Shown here: one piece after another, positions 48,248 to 55,928 of the stretch
How the letters are laid out: the number at the start of each line of letters is the position of its first letter
Numbering within the stretch: position 1 is the first letter of the stretch
DNA from: Gammaproteobacteria bacterium
GTDB lineage: Bacteria; Pseudomonadota; Gammaproteobacteria; SZUA-140
Length of the DNA stretch: 55,928 nucleotides
NCBI GenBank assembly: GCA_003230085.1
Contig: QIGV01000179.1
Span: 1-55,928 of the forward strand
Reading direction: 5' to 3'
Notes under the pieces: generated by a model
Told to the model about the DNA's origin: nothing
Database searches by the model: none
What the model saw: only the letters and a program-made list of their open reading frames with translations
Program-made: the position numbers and the translations under genes

Positions 48248-49312
48248 TTAGAGAGCTGCAGGTTGATCTGAAGCAGGAAAGGCAACCAGGTGGTCAGCCG
48301 CAATGCGGATGCCCACTGTTTCACCAACAGTGTGGTGATAGTGGCTGGGAAATAAGGAAAGTATCTTACTGCCCGTGGCGAGTTTCAGGGTATACAGTAT
48401 TTCAGCTCCCTTGAACGCTTTCTGAATGATCTCTCCTCGCAGATTGCTCTGGGGGTCGGGGATGATATCATCAGGACGTAGCAGGATATCCACTTCACAG
48501 CCCGGCAACCAGGGATAGGCGCGATCTCCCTGTATAATGCCGATCTCGGTTTTGACTGTGTCGGCGGTGATCAGCGTGCCCTTCAGAAATACGCCCTGGC
48601 CGATAAAATCGGCAATGAACCGGTTGGCAGGTTCGTGGTAAATGTTAAAAGGGGTGTCCCACTGTAAGATTCTGCCCTCATTTATGATGCCGATCTGATC
48701 TCCAAGCGCAAAGGCTTCCTGTTGGTCATGGGTGACCAGCAGAGTGGTGATGCCCCGTTCTTTGAGTAGGTTGCGGATTTCAATGCCCAGCCGTTCTCGT
48801 AAATCAATATCAAGATTGGAAAAGGGTTCATCGAGCAGGATCATGGACGGTTGCGCCGCTAATGCTCGCGCCAACGCAATTCTTTGCTGTTGACCACCAG
48901 AAAGCTCATGAGGATAGCGTTTTCTATATTGCGCCATCCCGACGGTCTCCAGTAGTTGCATTGCAATAGCCATTTTTTCCTGGCGTGATTTGTTGCGAAT
49001 ACCAAAGCCGATGTTTTCGCTTACATCCATATGGGGGAAAAGCGCGTAATCCTGGAATACCATCCCCAGGCGGCGCTTGTGGGGTGGCATCATATAACCA
49101 GGGCGCGAAATAGATTGATTGTTTAAAAGGATTTCACCCTTGGTGATTGGCTCAAATCCAGCAATGGCGCGCAAAACGGTCGTTTTCCCGCATCCACTGG
49201 GGCCGAGCAGACAGGCAATATTCCCCTTGTTGACGTGGAATGACAGGTTACTGACGATAGTCTGGCGTTGATAGCGGCATTCAATATCCTTGATGTTGAG
49301 GAGTGTTTCCAT
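48248..49312 (-). CDS. ABC transporter ATP-binding protein, FbpC/PotA-like
   Basis: GPSGCGKT, FQDYALFPH, LSGGQQQR, LLDEPF, VTHD, TOBE-like C-terminus. Confidence 0.92.
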   Translation of the reverse strand: METLLNIKDIECRYQRQTIVSNLSFHVNKGNIACLLGPSGCGKTTVLRAIAGFEPITKGEILLNNQSISRPGYMMPPHKRRLGMVFQDYALFPHMDVSENIGFGIRNKSRQEKMAIAMQLLETVGMAQYRKRYPHELSGGQQQRIALARALAAQPSMILLDEPFSNLDIDLRERLGIEIRNLLKERGITTLLVTHDQQEAFALGDQIGIINEGRILQWDTPFNIYHEPANRFIADFIGQGVFLKGTLITADTVKTEIGIIQGDRAYPWLPGCEVDILLRPDDIIPDPQSNLRGEIIQKAFKGAEILYTLKLATGSKILSLFPSHYHHTVGETVGIRIAADHLVAFPASDQPAAL

Positions 49313-49322
49313 ATTTACATCC

Positions 49323-50228
49323 TCAAGTCAGGAGGAGTTCCAGCAGGGCCTTCTGGGCATGAAGGCGGTTCTCTGCTTCATCCCATACCACACTTTGGGG
49401 GCCTTCAATAATATCCGCGCTGACCTCCTCTCCGCGGTGGGCTGGGAGACAATGCATGAATATGGCCTCAGGGTTGGTATTGCCCATCAACTGCTGATTG
49501 ACCTGAAAGTTTTTGAATGCCTCACGACGACGTAGATTTTCATCTTCCTGACCCATACTGGTCCATACATCGGTTACGACGAGATCAGTGCCACGAGCCG
49601 CTTCCCTGGGTTCCTCAAACATCTCGATCTGTGCAGTGGTTGCCTGCAATAGATGCTGTTTGGGTCTGTACTCGGGCGGTGTCGCAATATGAAGTTTGAA
49701 ATCCAATAGTTGTGCGGCATTGATATAGGAGTGACACATATTATTTCCGTCACCGATCCAGGTGACGGTTTTTCCTTTGATATCACCGCGGTGTTCGAAA
49801 TAGGTCACCATATCTGCCAGTAACTGGCAGGGATGAAATAGATCAGATAAACCATTGATCACAGGGACAACTGAATGTTCAGCAAATAATTCCAGTGTTT
49901 CATGGGCGTAGGTTCGCACCATGATGATATCTACCATGCGGGATAATACCCTTGCAGAGTCTTCCACCGGTTCACCTCTACCCAGCTGGGTATCCCGAGG
50001 CGATAAAAAAATTGCACTACCGCCAAATTGCACCATGCCAGCCTCAAAGGAAACGCGCGTACGTGTAGACGATTTCTCAAAGACCATCCCCAGCACCTTA
50101 TTCTTTAAAGGTTCATAAATGGTATTGGAACGTCGCATATTCTTGAGTTCAACCGCGCGATTGATCAGGTCTCGGAACTCCTGGGCATTGATATCCAGTA
50201 AGGATAAAAAATGGCGGGGTTGACTCAT
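49323..50228 (-). CDS. argF: Ornithine carbamoyltransferase
   Basis: [32 protein letters not shown]. Confidence 0.97.
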   Translation of the reverse strand: MSQPRHFLSLLDINAQEFRDLINRAVELKNMRRSNTIYEPLKNKVLGMVFEKSSTRTRVSFEAGMVQFGGSAIFLSPRDTQLGRGEPVEDSARVLSRMVDIIMVRTYAHETLELFAEHSVVPVINGLSDLFHPCQLLADMVTYFEHRGDIKGKTVTWIGDGNNMCHSYINAAQLLDFKLHIATPPEYRPKQHLLQATTAQIEMFEEPREAARGTDLVVTDVWTSMGQEDENLRRREAFKNFQVNQQLMGNTNPEAIFMHCLPAHRGEEVSADIIEGPQSVVWDEAENRLHAQKALLELLLT

Positions 50229-51412
50229 TATTCAGTCTCGGCCGATGCAAAATCTTTAATGATAGTGCTTGTGATATTGACGATTTGGTAAGCTTCTTCA
50301 CTACTGATAATCAAGGGTGGTAGCAGACGGACGACATGCTCAGCCTGGACGCTGATGAGCAGGCTATGTTTCAGTGCAATTTTGACCAGCTCAATACAGG
50401 GCCGATTGAGTTCAATACCGATCATCATCCCGACACCACGGATCTCTTTCACTGCATCGCATCCAGCGAGAGCGTTCCTCAGGCCGTCTCGTATGTTGTT
50501 GCCAAGTTCGTTGGCCTGGGCCGCGAGCTGTTGTTCTTCCAGGGTTTGAATGACTGCCAGGGCGGCGCTGCATACCAGCGGATTGCCGCCGAAAGTCGTG
50601 CCATGGGTGCCAGGCTTGAAAACGTCTGCGGCCTTGCCACGTGCGAGGCAGGCGCCGATGGGTATGCCATTGCCCAACCCTTTGGCGAGGCAGACAACAT
50701 CGGGAAGACACGTGCTATGTTGATAGGCGAACCATTTCCCGGTTCGGCACATACCGCTCTGAATTTCGTCCAGCATCATAAGCCATCCGTTTTCATCGCA
50801 TAGGGCGCGTATTTCAGTCAGGTAGTTGCTGCCCGGTATATTGATACCGCCCTCGCCCTGAATCGGTTCAATCAGTATGGCCACGACATTGGGGCTGCGC
50901 TGCGCAATCGTCCTGATTGCTTCAATATCGTTGTAAGGTGCACGGATGAATCCTTGTACAAGCGGTTCAAAGCCTGCCTGTACCTTGCGGTTACCTGTCG
51001 CTGAGAGCGTGGCCATCGTGCGGCCATGGAAGCTGTTTTCGGCCACAATGATGGATGGTTGTGAAATATTGTTCTGGTGACCATGAAGCCGTGCCAGTTT
51101 GATTGCAGCCTCAATGGCTTCCGCACCTGAATTACAAAAAAATGCTTTATCCATCGCCGCTAGCTGGCATAGTTTTTCTGCCAGTTGATTCTGAAGTTCG
51201 ATAGTGTAGAGGTTGCTGGTATGCAACAGCTTCTTCGCTTGTGCGTTGATGGCCTCGGTGACGTTTGGGTGAGCGTGGCCTAACCCGCATACACCAATGC
51301 CACTCAATGCATCCAGATAGATATTGCCTTGCTTGTCCCACAGCCAGGCACCTTCACCGCGTTCGAAAGTGACTGGCAGTGGTGCATAGGTTGACATTAA
51401 ATGATCTGACAT
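50228..51412 (-). CDS. argD: Acetylornithine aminotransferase
   Basis: [45 protein letters not shown]; coupled to argF. Confidence 0.93.
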   Translation of the reverse strand: MSDHLMSTYAPLPVTFERGEGAWLWDKQGNIYLDALSGIGVCGLGHAHPNVTEAINAQAKKLLHTSNLYTIELQNQLAEKLCQLAAMDKAFFCNSGAEAIEAAIKLARLHGHQNNISQPSIIVAENSFHGRTMATLSATGNRKVQAGFEPLVQGFIRAPYNDIEAIRTIAQRSPNVVAILIEPIQGEGGINIPGSNYLTEIRALCDENGWLMMLDEIQSGMCRTGKWFAYQHSTCLPDVVCLAKGLGNGIPIGACLARGKAADVFKPGTHGTTFGGNPLVCSAALAVIQTLEEQQLAAQANELGNNIRDGLRNALAGCDAVKEIRGVGMMIGIELNRPCIELVKIALKHSLLISVQAEHVVRLLPPLIISSEEAYQIVNITSTIIKDFASAETE

Positions 51413-51640
51413 GGTGAAGTTCCGCTATCCGTAGAAATAAAAAGCAGCACTTGGCTGCCTGAACAAGTAATGTTTTCTATTATAGCGGTTTTTTGCGATT
51501 CGCAAACATTTACACCAACGTGTTTCATGTGATTGCAGCAGGCATCAATATCGCCTTGTCTTTTCACGCCCTGGTTAGCTCTGAATCGGTATGACCAAAG
51601 ATCGACGGATAGTGATATTTCAAAAGATGTTGTGAGTGAT

Positions 51641-52186
51641 TTATGAGGTAAATAGCTTCATTTTTTCTACCATACGGTTGATAGATGGGCCTTCATTCAG
51701 GGCGATAATCTCTTCAGGGCTGAACCAGCGACCATCACGAGACTCGCTGGATACTCTGGGTTGCGACTCGTCACCCGCCATTAACAAGAAGCGGATATCA
51801 TAGTGCAAATGGCCTGCTTCGGCTTTACGGGCAGGAATGTAGTGGATATCTACGTCGAAAATTGATTCAGATGCAAGCAGTAATTTTGTCAAACCGCTTT
51901 CTTCATAGGCTTCGCGTAAGGCGGTATCCAGCACAGACCGATCATCTTCAATATGGCCGCCGGGTTGCAGCCAGCGATTGAGTTTTTTGTGGTGGAGTAA
52001 CAGGGCGTGGGTATGGCTGTTGTTAATAACCCAGGCTGAGCCTGTGACATGTCCTTGCGGGCATGACCTATCATGAAATTGGCTATGCTCTGTAACGAAC
52101 GTCATGATCTCCCGGTGGTGCCGGGATTCTTCCGGGTCTGCAGGCTTGTATTCAGTTAGCCTGGTCAACAGCCAGTCACGGTCCAT
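51641..52186 (-). CDS. NUDIX hydrolase
   Basis: GHVTGSAW, HHKKLNRWLQPGGHIE, ALREAYEESGL (Nudix box), HYDIRF. Confidence 0.88.
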   Translation of the reverse strand: MDRDWLLTRLTEYKPADPEESRHHREIMTFVTEHSQFHDRSCPQGHVTGSAWVINNSHTHALLLHHKKLNRWLQPGGHIEDDRSVLDTALREAYEESGLTKLLLASESIFDVDIHYIPARKAEAGHLHYDIRFLLMAGDESQPRVSSESRDGRWFSPEEIIALNEGPSINRMVEKMKLFTS

Positions 52187-52234
52187 CAAGCTACCAACTG
52201 GCAACGGCGAATGTGCCGTCGCCAGTTACCAGGT

Positions 52235-52803
52235 TCAGCCCGCAAAATTAGCAGCGGCAAAGTCCCAATTGACAATATTCCAGAAATTTTCGACATACTT
52301 CGGGCGGGCATTGCGGTAGTCGATATAGTAGGCATGCTCCCAGACGTCGCAGGTCAGTAACGGTGTTTGATCTCCGGTCAGTGGTGTGCCCGCATTGCTG
52401 GTGCTGACCAGCGCAAGGGATCCATCAGCATTTTTAACCAACCATCCCCACCCGGCGCCAAATGTGGTGATCGCTGTCTGGCTGAAGCTTTTCTTGAATT
52501 CATCGAATGATCCAAAGGCTTTGTTGATCGCATCGGCAAGCGCGCCTGACGGCTCACCTCCGCCATTGGGGCTGAGGCAGTTCCAATAGAAGGAGTGGTT
52601 CCATATCTGCGCGGCATTGTTGAAAATACCGCCGGAGGATTTGGCGATAATGTCTTCCAGTGAGAGATTTTCAAATTCTGTACCGGGGATTTGGTGATAT
52701 AGGTCTGATGGTGTTTCCCGTAGTGATATTCCAGCGTTTCAGCTGAAATATGTGGTGCCAGCGCGTCTTTGCTATAGGGCAGTTCGGGTAGTTTATGTTC
52801 CAT
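52235..52803 (-). pseudogene. sodB: Fe superoxide dismutase, frameshifted near 52690
   Basis: N-terminal [29 protein letters not shown] in one frame; IPGTEFE...[14 protein letters not shown]...[13 protein letters not shown] in another. The 569-nt span is not a multiple of 3. Confidence 0.85.
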
Positions 52804-53003
52804 AGTTTTCTCCGTATTCGTACTGTGTGTTGGGTGAGGATCAGTCCAGGATTGTTGAGGGTAGAGCCCGTTTTGAATTCTGGTTTAAATATCCGACTAA
52901 ATTACTGGGGCTGAGTTTATCGTACCATTGTATCCGGTTCAACTGGATTTCCTAATGCCGATGTCTGTTAAGATCGCCAAACAATATAGGACACTACACT
53001 AGT

Positions 53004-54545
53004 ATGAATGCCATTGAGCTGAGTATCTTCGCCAGCCGTGTTAATGCCATTTGCGATGAAATGGGCGCGGTCCTGCAACGCGCAGCGCTGTCACCCAATA
53101 TCAAGGACCGGCGGGATTTCTCCTGTGCTATTTTTGACGCAGCGGGCAGCCTATGCGCTCAGGCGGCTCATATCCCTGTCCATCTTGGCAGTATGGCCTA
53201 CGCCATGGGCGATATCGTCAGCAAGATGGGCTGGCATTCGGGTGATACCGTGATAGTTAATGATCCTTATCTGGGCGGCACGCATCTTCCCGATGTTACG
53301 CTCATTTCCCCCGTCTTTATGCCAGAGTCGGATGAGAGCCTTATTGGCTTTGTGGTAAATCGTGCCCACCATGCCGATATTGGCGCATCGTCACCCGGTT
53401 CCATGCCGATATCAAGAACGCTGGAGGAAGAGGGAATAGTCATTCCGCCAAGCTATCTCATGCGAGGAGACGAGATTGATAAGCATGTGATGTCAACCAT
53501 CATGGCGGGTACCCGTAACGAGGTCCAGGCACATGGGGATTATGCCGCCCAGATTAGCGCCAATCGTTGTGGCGTACGGCGTCTGCAGGTACTTGTACGG
53601 GGTATTGGCAATGACCATTTTCGCCTGGCATTGCAAGCGCTGAACGACTACGCCGAGCGCCTGGCGCGGCGTAGTCTGGTTAATATCCCTGATGGCTGTT
53701 ATCGCTATGCCGATGTGATGGATGATGATGGTGCCAATATGCAGGATATTCCTGTGCAGGTGGCCATCACAGTTAAGCAGGGGAATATTCTGGTCGATTT
53801 TAGCGGCACTGCCGCGCAGGTGCCTGGCAATATCAACTGCCCACTTTCGGTCGCTGCGGCCGCTGTATACTATGTGTTTCGCTGCCTGATGCCAGCACAC
53901 ACACCGGCCTGCGCGGGTAGCTTCCGATCCATCAAGTTGTTTGCCCCGCAAGGATGCCTGCTCAATGCAAACAGACCTGCGGCGGTAGCCGCGGGTAATG
54001 TCGAGACCAGTATGCGAATTGTCGATGTCGTACTAGGTGCTTTGGCTGATGCAATTCCGGAGCAGATTCCTGCAGCCAGTCAAGGCAGCATGAATAATAT
54101 TGCCATGGGTGGAGACTATGCGGGTGGGGCCTGGGATTATTACGAGACTTTAGGTGGCGGTATGGGTGCGGGTGGGCGCGGTGGTGGTCTCAGCGCCATT
54201 CACTCCCATATGACCAATACCCTCAATACACCTATTGAAAGTGCCGAGATGCATTTTCCGTTGCGTATCAGACGCTACCAGATCAGGCGCGGATCAGGAG
54301 GGCAAGGGGAGTTTCCGGGTGGGGATGGCCTGGTGCGGGAATATGAATTTCTTGCCCCGACAACGGTCACATTACTAACCGAGCGACGTCGGCACCGTCC
54401 ATGGGGCCTGCAGGGCGGACAACCTGGCAAGCAGGGGAAAAACTTCCTGAATGGCCAAAAACTACCCGCCAAGACCGTTTTGGAGGTCATGCCGGGAGAT
54501 CGTCTGCGTATTGAAACGCCGGGAGGTGGGGGTTGGGGGCAATAA
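53004..54545 (+). CDS. Hydantoinase B/5-oxoprolinase family protein
   Basis: SPNIKDRRDFSCA, HIPVHLGSM, NDPYLGGTHLPD, HHADIG, NTLNTPIE, TPGGGGWG. Confidence 0.92.
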   Translation: MNAIELSIFASRVNAICDEMGAVLQRAALSPNIKDRRDFSCAIFDAAGSLCAQAAHIPVHLGSMAYAMGDIVSKMGWHSGDTVIVNDPYLGGTHLPDVTLISPVFMPESDESLIGFVVNRAHHADIGASSPGSMPISRTLEEEGIVIPPSYLMRGDEIDKHVMSTIMAGTRNEVQAHGDYAAQISANRCGVRRLQVLVRGIGNDHFRLALQALNDYAERLARRSLVNIPDGCYRYADVMDDDGANMQDIPVQVAITVKQGNILVDFSGTAAQVPGNINCPLSVAAAAVYYVFRCLMPAHTPACAGSFRSIKLFAPQGCLLNANRPAAVAAGNVETSMRIVDVVLGALADAIPEQIPAASQGSMNNIAMGGDYAGGAWDYYETLGGGMGAGGRGGGLSAIHSHMTNTLNTPIESAEMHFPLRIRRYQIRRGSGGQGEFPGGDGLVREYEFLAPTTVTLLTERRRHRPWGLQGGQPGKQGKNFLNGQKLPAKTVLEVMPGDRLRIETPGGGGWGQ

Positions 54546-54631
54546 AAGGATGAATAACCTATTGGAATAGTCAGGTATTTGTCATATCATTACAGGTCAA
54601 GTGTATTTGAGTTCAAATGAGGATCAGAAGT

Positions 54632-54961
54632 ATGGAAGTAATGGAAAGAATTAAACAACAGGTCGAGGGAAATTCTATCGTCCTCTATATGAAAGGCTCA
54701 CCTCAGTTTCCGATGTGCGGTTTTTCAGGTCATGTCGTACAAGCGCTGCAAACATGCGATGCCGAATTTCAGCACGTCGATATCCTGTCCGATCCTGAGA
54801 TTCGCGCTAATCTGCCCAACTATGCCAATTGGCCGACTTTTCCCCAGCTCTATATCAATGGTGAACTGGTGGGGGGGTGCGATATTGTGATGGAGCTTTA
54901 TCAACGCGGTGAATTGCAGAAAATGATACAAGCCGCTTGTGGCAACAGCGCGGTGGGGTAA
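54632..54961 (+). CDS. grxD: Monothiol glutaredoxin Grx4
   Basis: YMKGSPQFPMCGFS, WPTFPQLY, GGCDI; GAGGA upstream of ATG 54632. Confidence 0.95.
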   Translation: MEVMERIKQQVEGNSIVLYMKGSPQFPMCGFSGHVVQALQTCDAEFQHVDILSDPEIRANLPNYANWPTFPQLYINGELVGGCDIVMELYQRGELQKMIQAACGNSAVG

Positions 54962-54990
54962 TTTATTTTCTTCGAACCCTGATAATAGTG

Positions 54991-55025
54991 CGTAGGTTGG
55001 GCTGAGGCACGAAGCCCAACCTACG
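54991..55025. repeat. GTAG-type REP-like palindrome between convergent grxD and rnt
   Basis: cgtaggttgggct-gaggcacga-agcccaacctacg, a perfect 13-bp inverted repeat with GTAG/CTAC ends. Confidence 0.7.
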
Positions 55026-55028
55026 ATT

Positions 55029-55697
55029 CTAATTTCCCTGAGTTGAATTACCTGCTATCTGTGGCGGGGCGTTCTCCCGCCACTCATCCCAGCAATTCAC
55101 AATGGTGCAAAACAGGTCTGCGGTTTTCTCCGCGTCATAAATGGCGGAATGAGCCTGTTCACTGTCCCAGGGCAGGTCCGCTGCCTGAACAGCACGGGCC
55201 AGGACAGTTTGCCCATAGGCCAGCCCCGCCATGGTGGCGGTGTCAAAGGTGCTGAAGGGGTGAAAAGGGTTGCGTTTGAGGTTGCAGCGGGCGGCTGCGG
55301 CATTGACGAAGCCTAAATCCATGCCTGGATTGTGACCTACCAGAATAGCCCGGTTGCAGCCGGTTTCTTTCAGTTCCTGACGTATGGCCTGAAAAACCGA
55401 CTTCATGGCTTCCTGCTCAGGCACTGCAAGTCTGAACGGGTGGTAAGGATCGATACCCGTAAAGGCCAGGGATTTGGGATCAAGATTTGCGCCCTCGAAG
55501 GGCTCAACTTGAAAGGCCAGGGTTTTGGTCTGGGATAGCCGGCCATCTTCTCCCATCTCCAGTATAACCGCAGCGATTTCCAACAAGGCATCGGTCTGTG
55601 AATTGAAACCCCCTGTTTCTACATCCACCACAACGGGCAGATAACCGCGGAAGCGATTTACTATCTGCGGCTTTTCATTGTTCTCAGACTGCATCAC
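55029..55697 (-). CDS. rnt: Ribonuclease T
   Basis: [49 protein letters not shown]. Confidence 0.96.
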   Translation of the reverse strand: MMQSENNEKPQIVNRFRGYLPVVVDVETGGFNSQTDALLEIAAVILEMGEDGRLSQTKTLAFQVEPFEGANLDPKSLAFTGIDPYHPFRLAVPEQEAMKSVFQAIRQELKETGCNRAILVGHNPGMDLGFVNAAAARCNLKRNPFHPFSTFDTATMAGLAYGQTVLARAVQAADLPWDSEQAHSAIYDAEKTADLFCTIVNCWDEWRENAPPQIAGNSTQGN

Positions 55698-55927
55698 CGG
55701 GTTCCATTGAGGTGCCAGTTCACCGTTGTACCAGCCCGGAACGGGATCAGATTGCCATCATCAAAGGGGTAGCTATCCGGTACCGTCCATGGCTCTTTGA
55801 GCAGCCAAATGCTTGTTTTGTTTTGGGGGAGTTTATAAAACGCAGCGCAATGCACACTGCTAAACCCTTCCAGCATATTCAGGGCGCCTGCCTTTTCAAA
55901 GACTTCTGCATAGAGCGCCAGGGCGGC
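55694..55927 (-). CDS. pyrC: Dihydroorotase, C-terminal part (5' end outside window)
   Basis: The frame is open to the window edge: [24 protein letters not shown]...FY.LP.N...W.VP..YPF....L.PFRAG...W; pyrC-rnt order is typical of Gammaproteobacteria. Confidence 0.85.
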   Translation of the reverse strand, partial: AALALYAEVFEKAGALNMLEGFSSVHCAAFYKLPQNKTSIWLLKEPWTVPDSYPFDDGNLIPFRAGTTVNWHLNGTR

Positions 55928-55928
55928 A

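Noticed and set aside
30915-49312. Siderophore cluster (NRPS plus FbpC-like ATPase)
   Set aside because: No TonB receptor or chelator-forming enzymes. The ATPase is >10 kb away and follows argF in the core block, an arrangement also known from other Gammaproteobacteria.
52938-52965. Third sigma28-like promoter before hydantoinase B
   Set aside because: TCAAC to GCCGATGT spacing is one base short; too weak to call.

Overview
Gammaproteobacterial chromosomal segment, judged from the pyrC-rnt-grxD-argD-argF-ABC ATPase-cytochrome c4 core block on the right. About 47 kb of it is a cell-surface/exopolysaccharide island. From left to right: two convergent repeat-rich secreted proteins whose 3' ends meet at an apparently chimeric junction (~nt 971); a visibly AT-rich glycan locus with six sulfotransferase-fold genes, six GT4s, one GT2, a Wzy-like membrane protein, a GINT1/GH43-like propeller, a secreted GH-like protein and a divergent pair of secreted FN3-tailed proteins; then export genes (YjbE-like, YjbH/GfcD, an SLBB/Wza-type exporter, Wzz) preceded by a degenerate J-domain protein. 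The most interesting element is a six-gene minus-strand operon inside this glycan locus (27553-38099). It encodes an oxalate-CoA-ligase-like adenylation domain fused to a carrier (T) domain, an ICL-superfamily C-C lyase resembling oxaloacetate acetylhydrolase, a C-A-T-TE NRPS, an oxalyl-CoA decarboxylase/2-hydroxyacyl-CoA lyase-like ThDP enzyme, an Sfp PPTase and a sulfotransferase. The ThDP enzyme and the NRPS carry the same N-terminal docking-like peptide (LSPxKRALL), and the A-T protein ends in a complementary acidic helix. My inference is a carrier-tethered oxalate -> oxalyl -> formyl (or 2-hydroxyacyl) assembly line, possibly decorating a sulfated polysaccharide. Also seen: a frameshifted sodB (about 13 nt missing), tandem perfect CRP-type boxes, two sigma28-like promoters and a GTAG REP-like palindrome. 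No rRNA, tRNA, CRISPR array or transposase was recognised. All calls come from motif recognition by eye; no searches were run.
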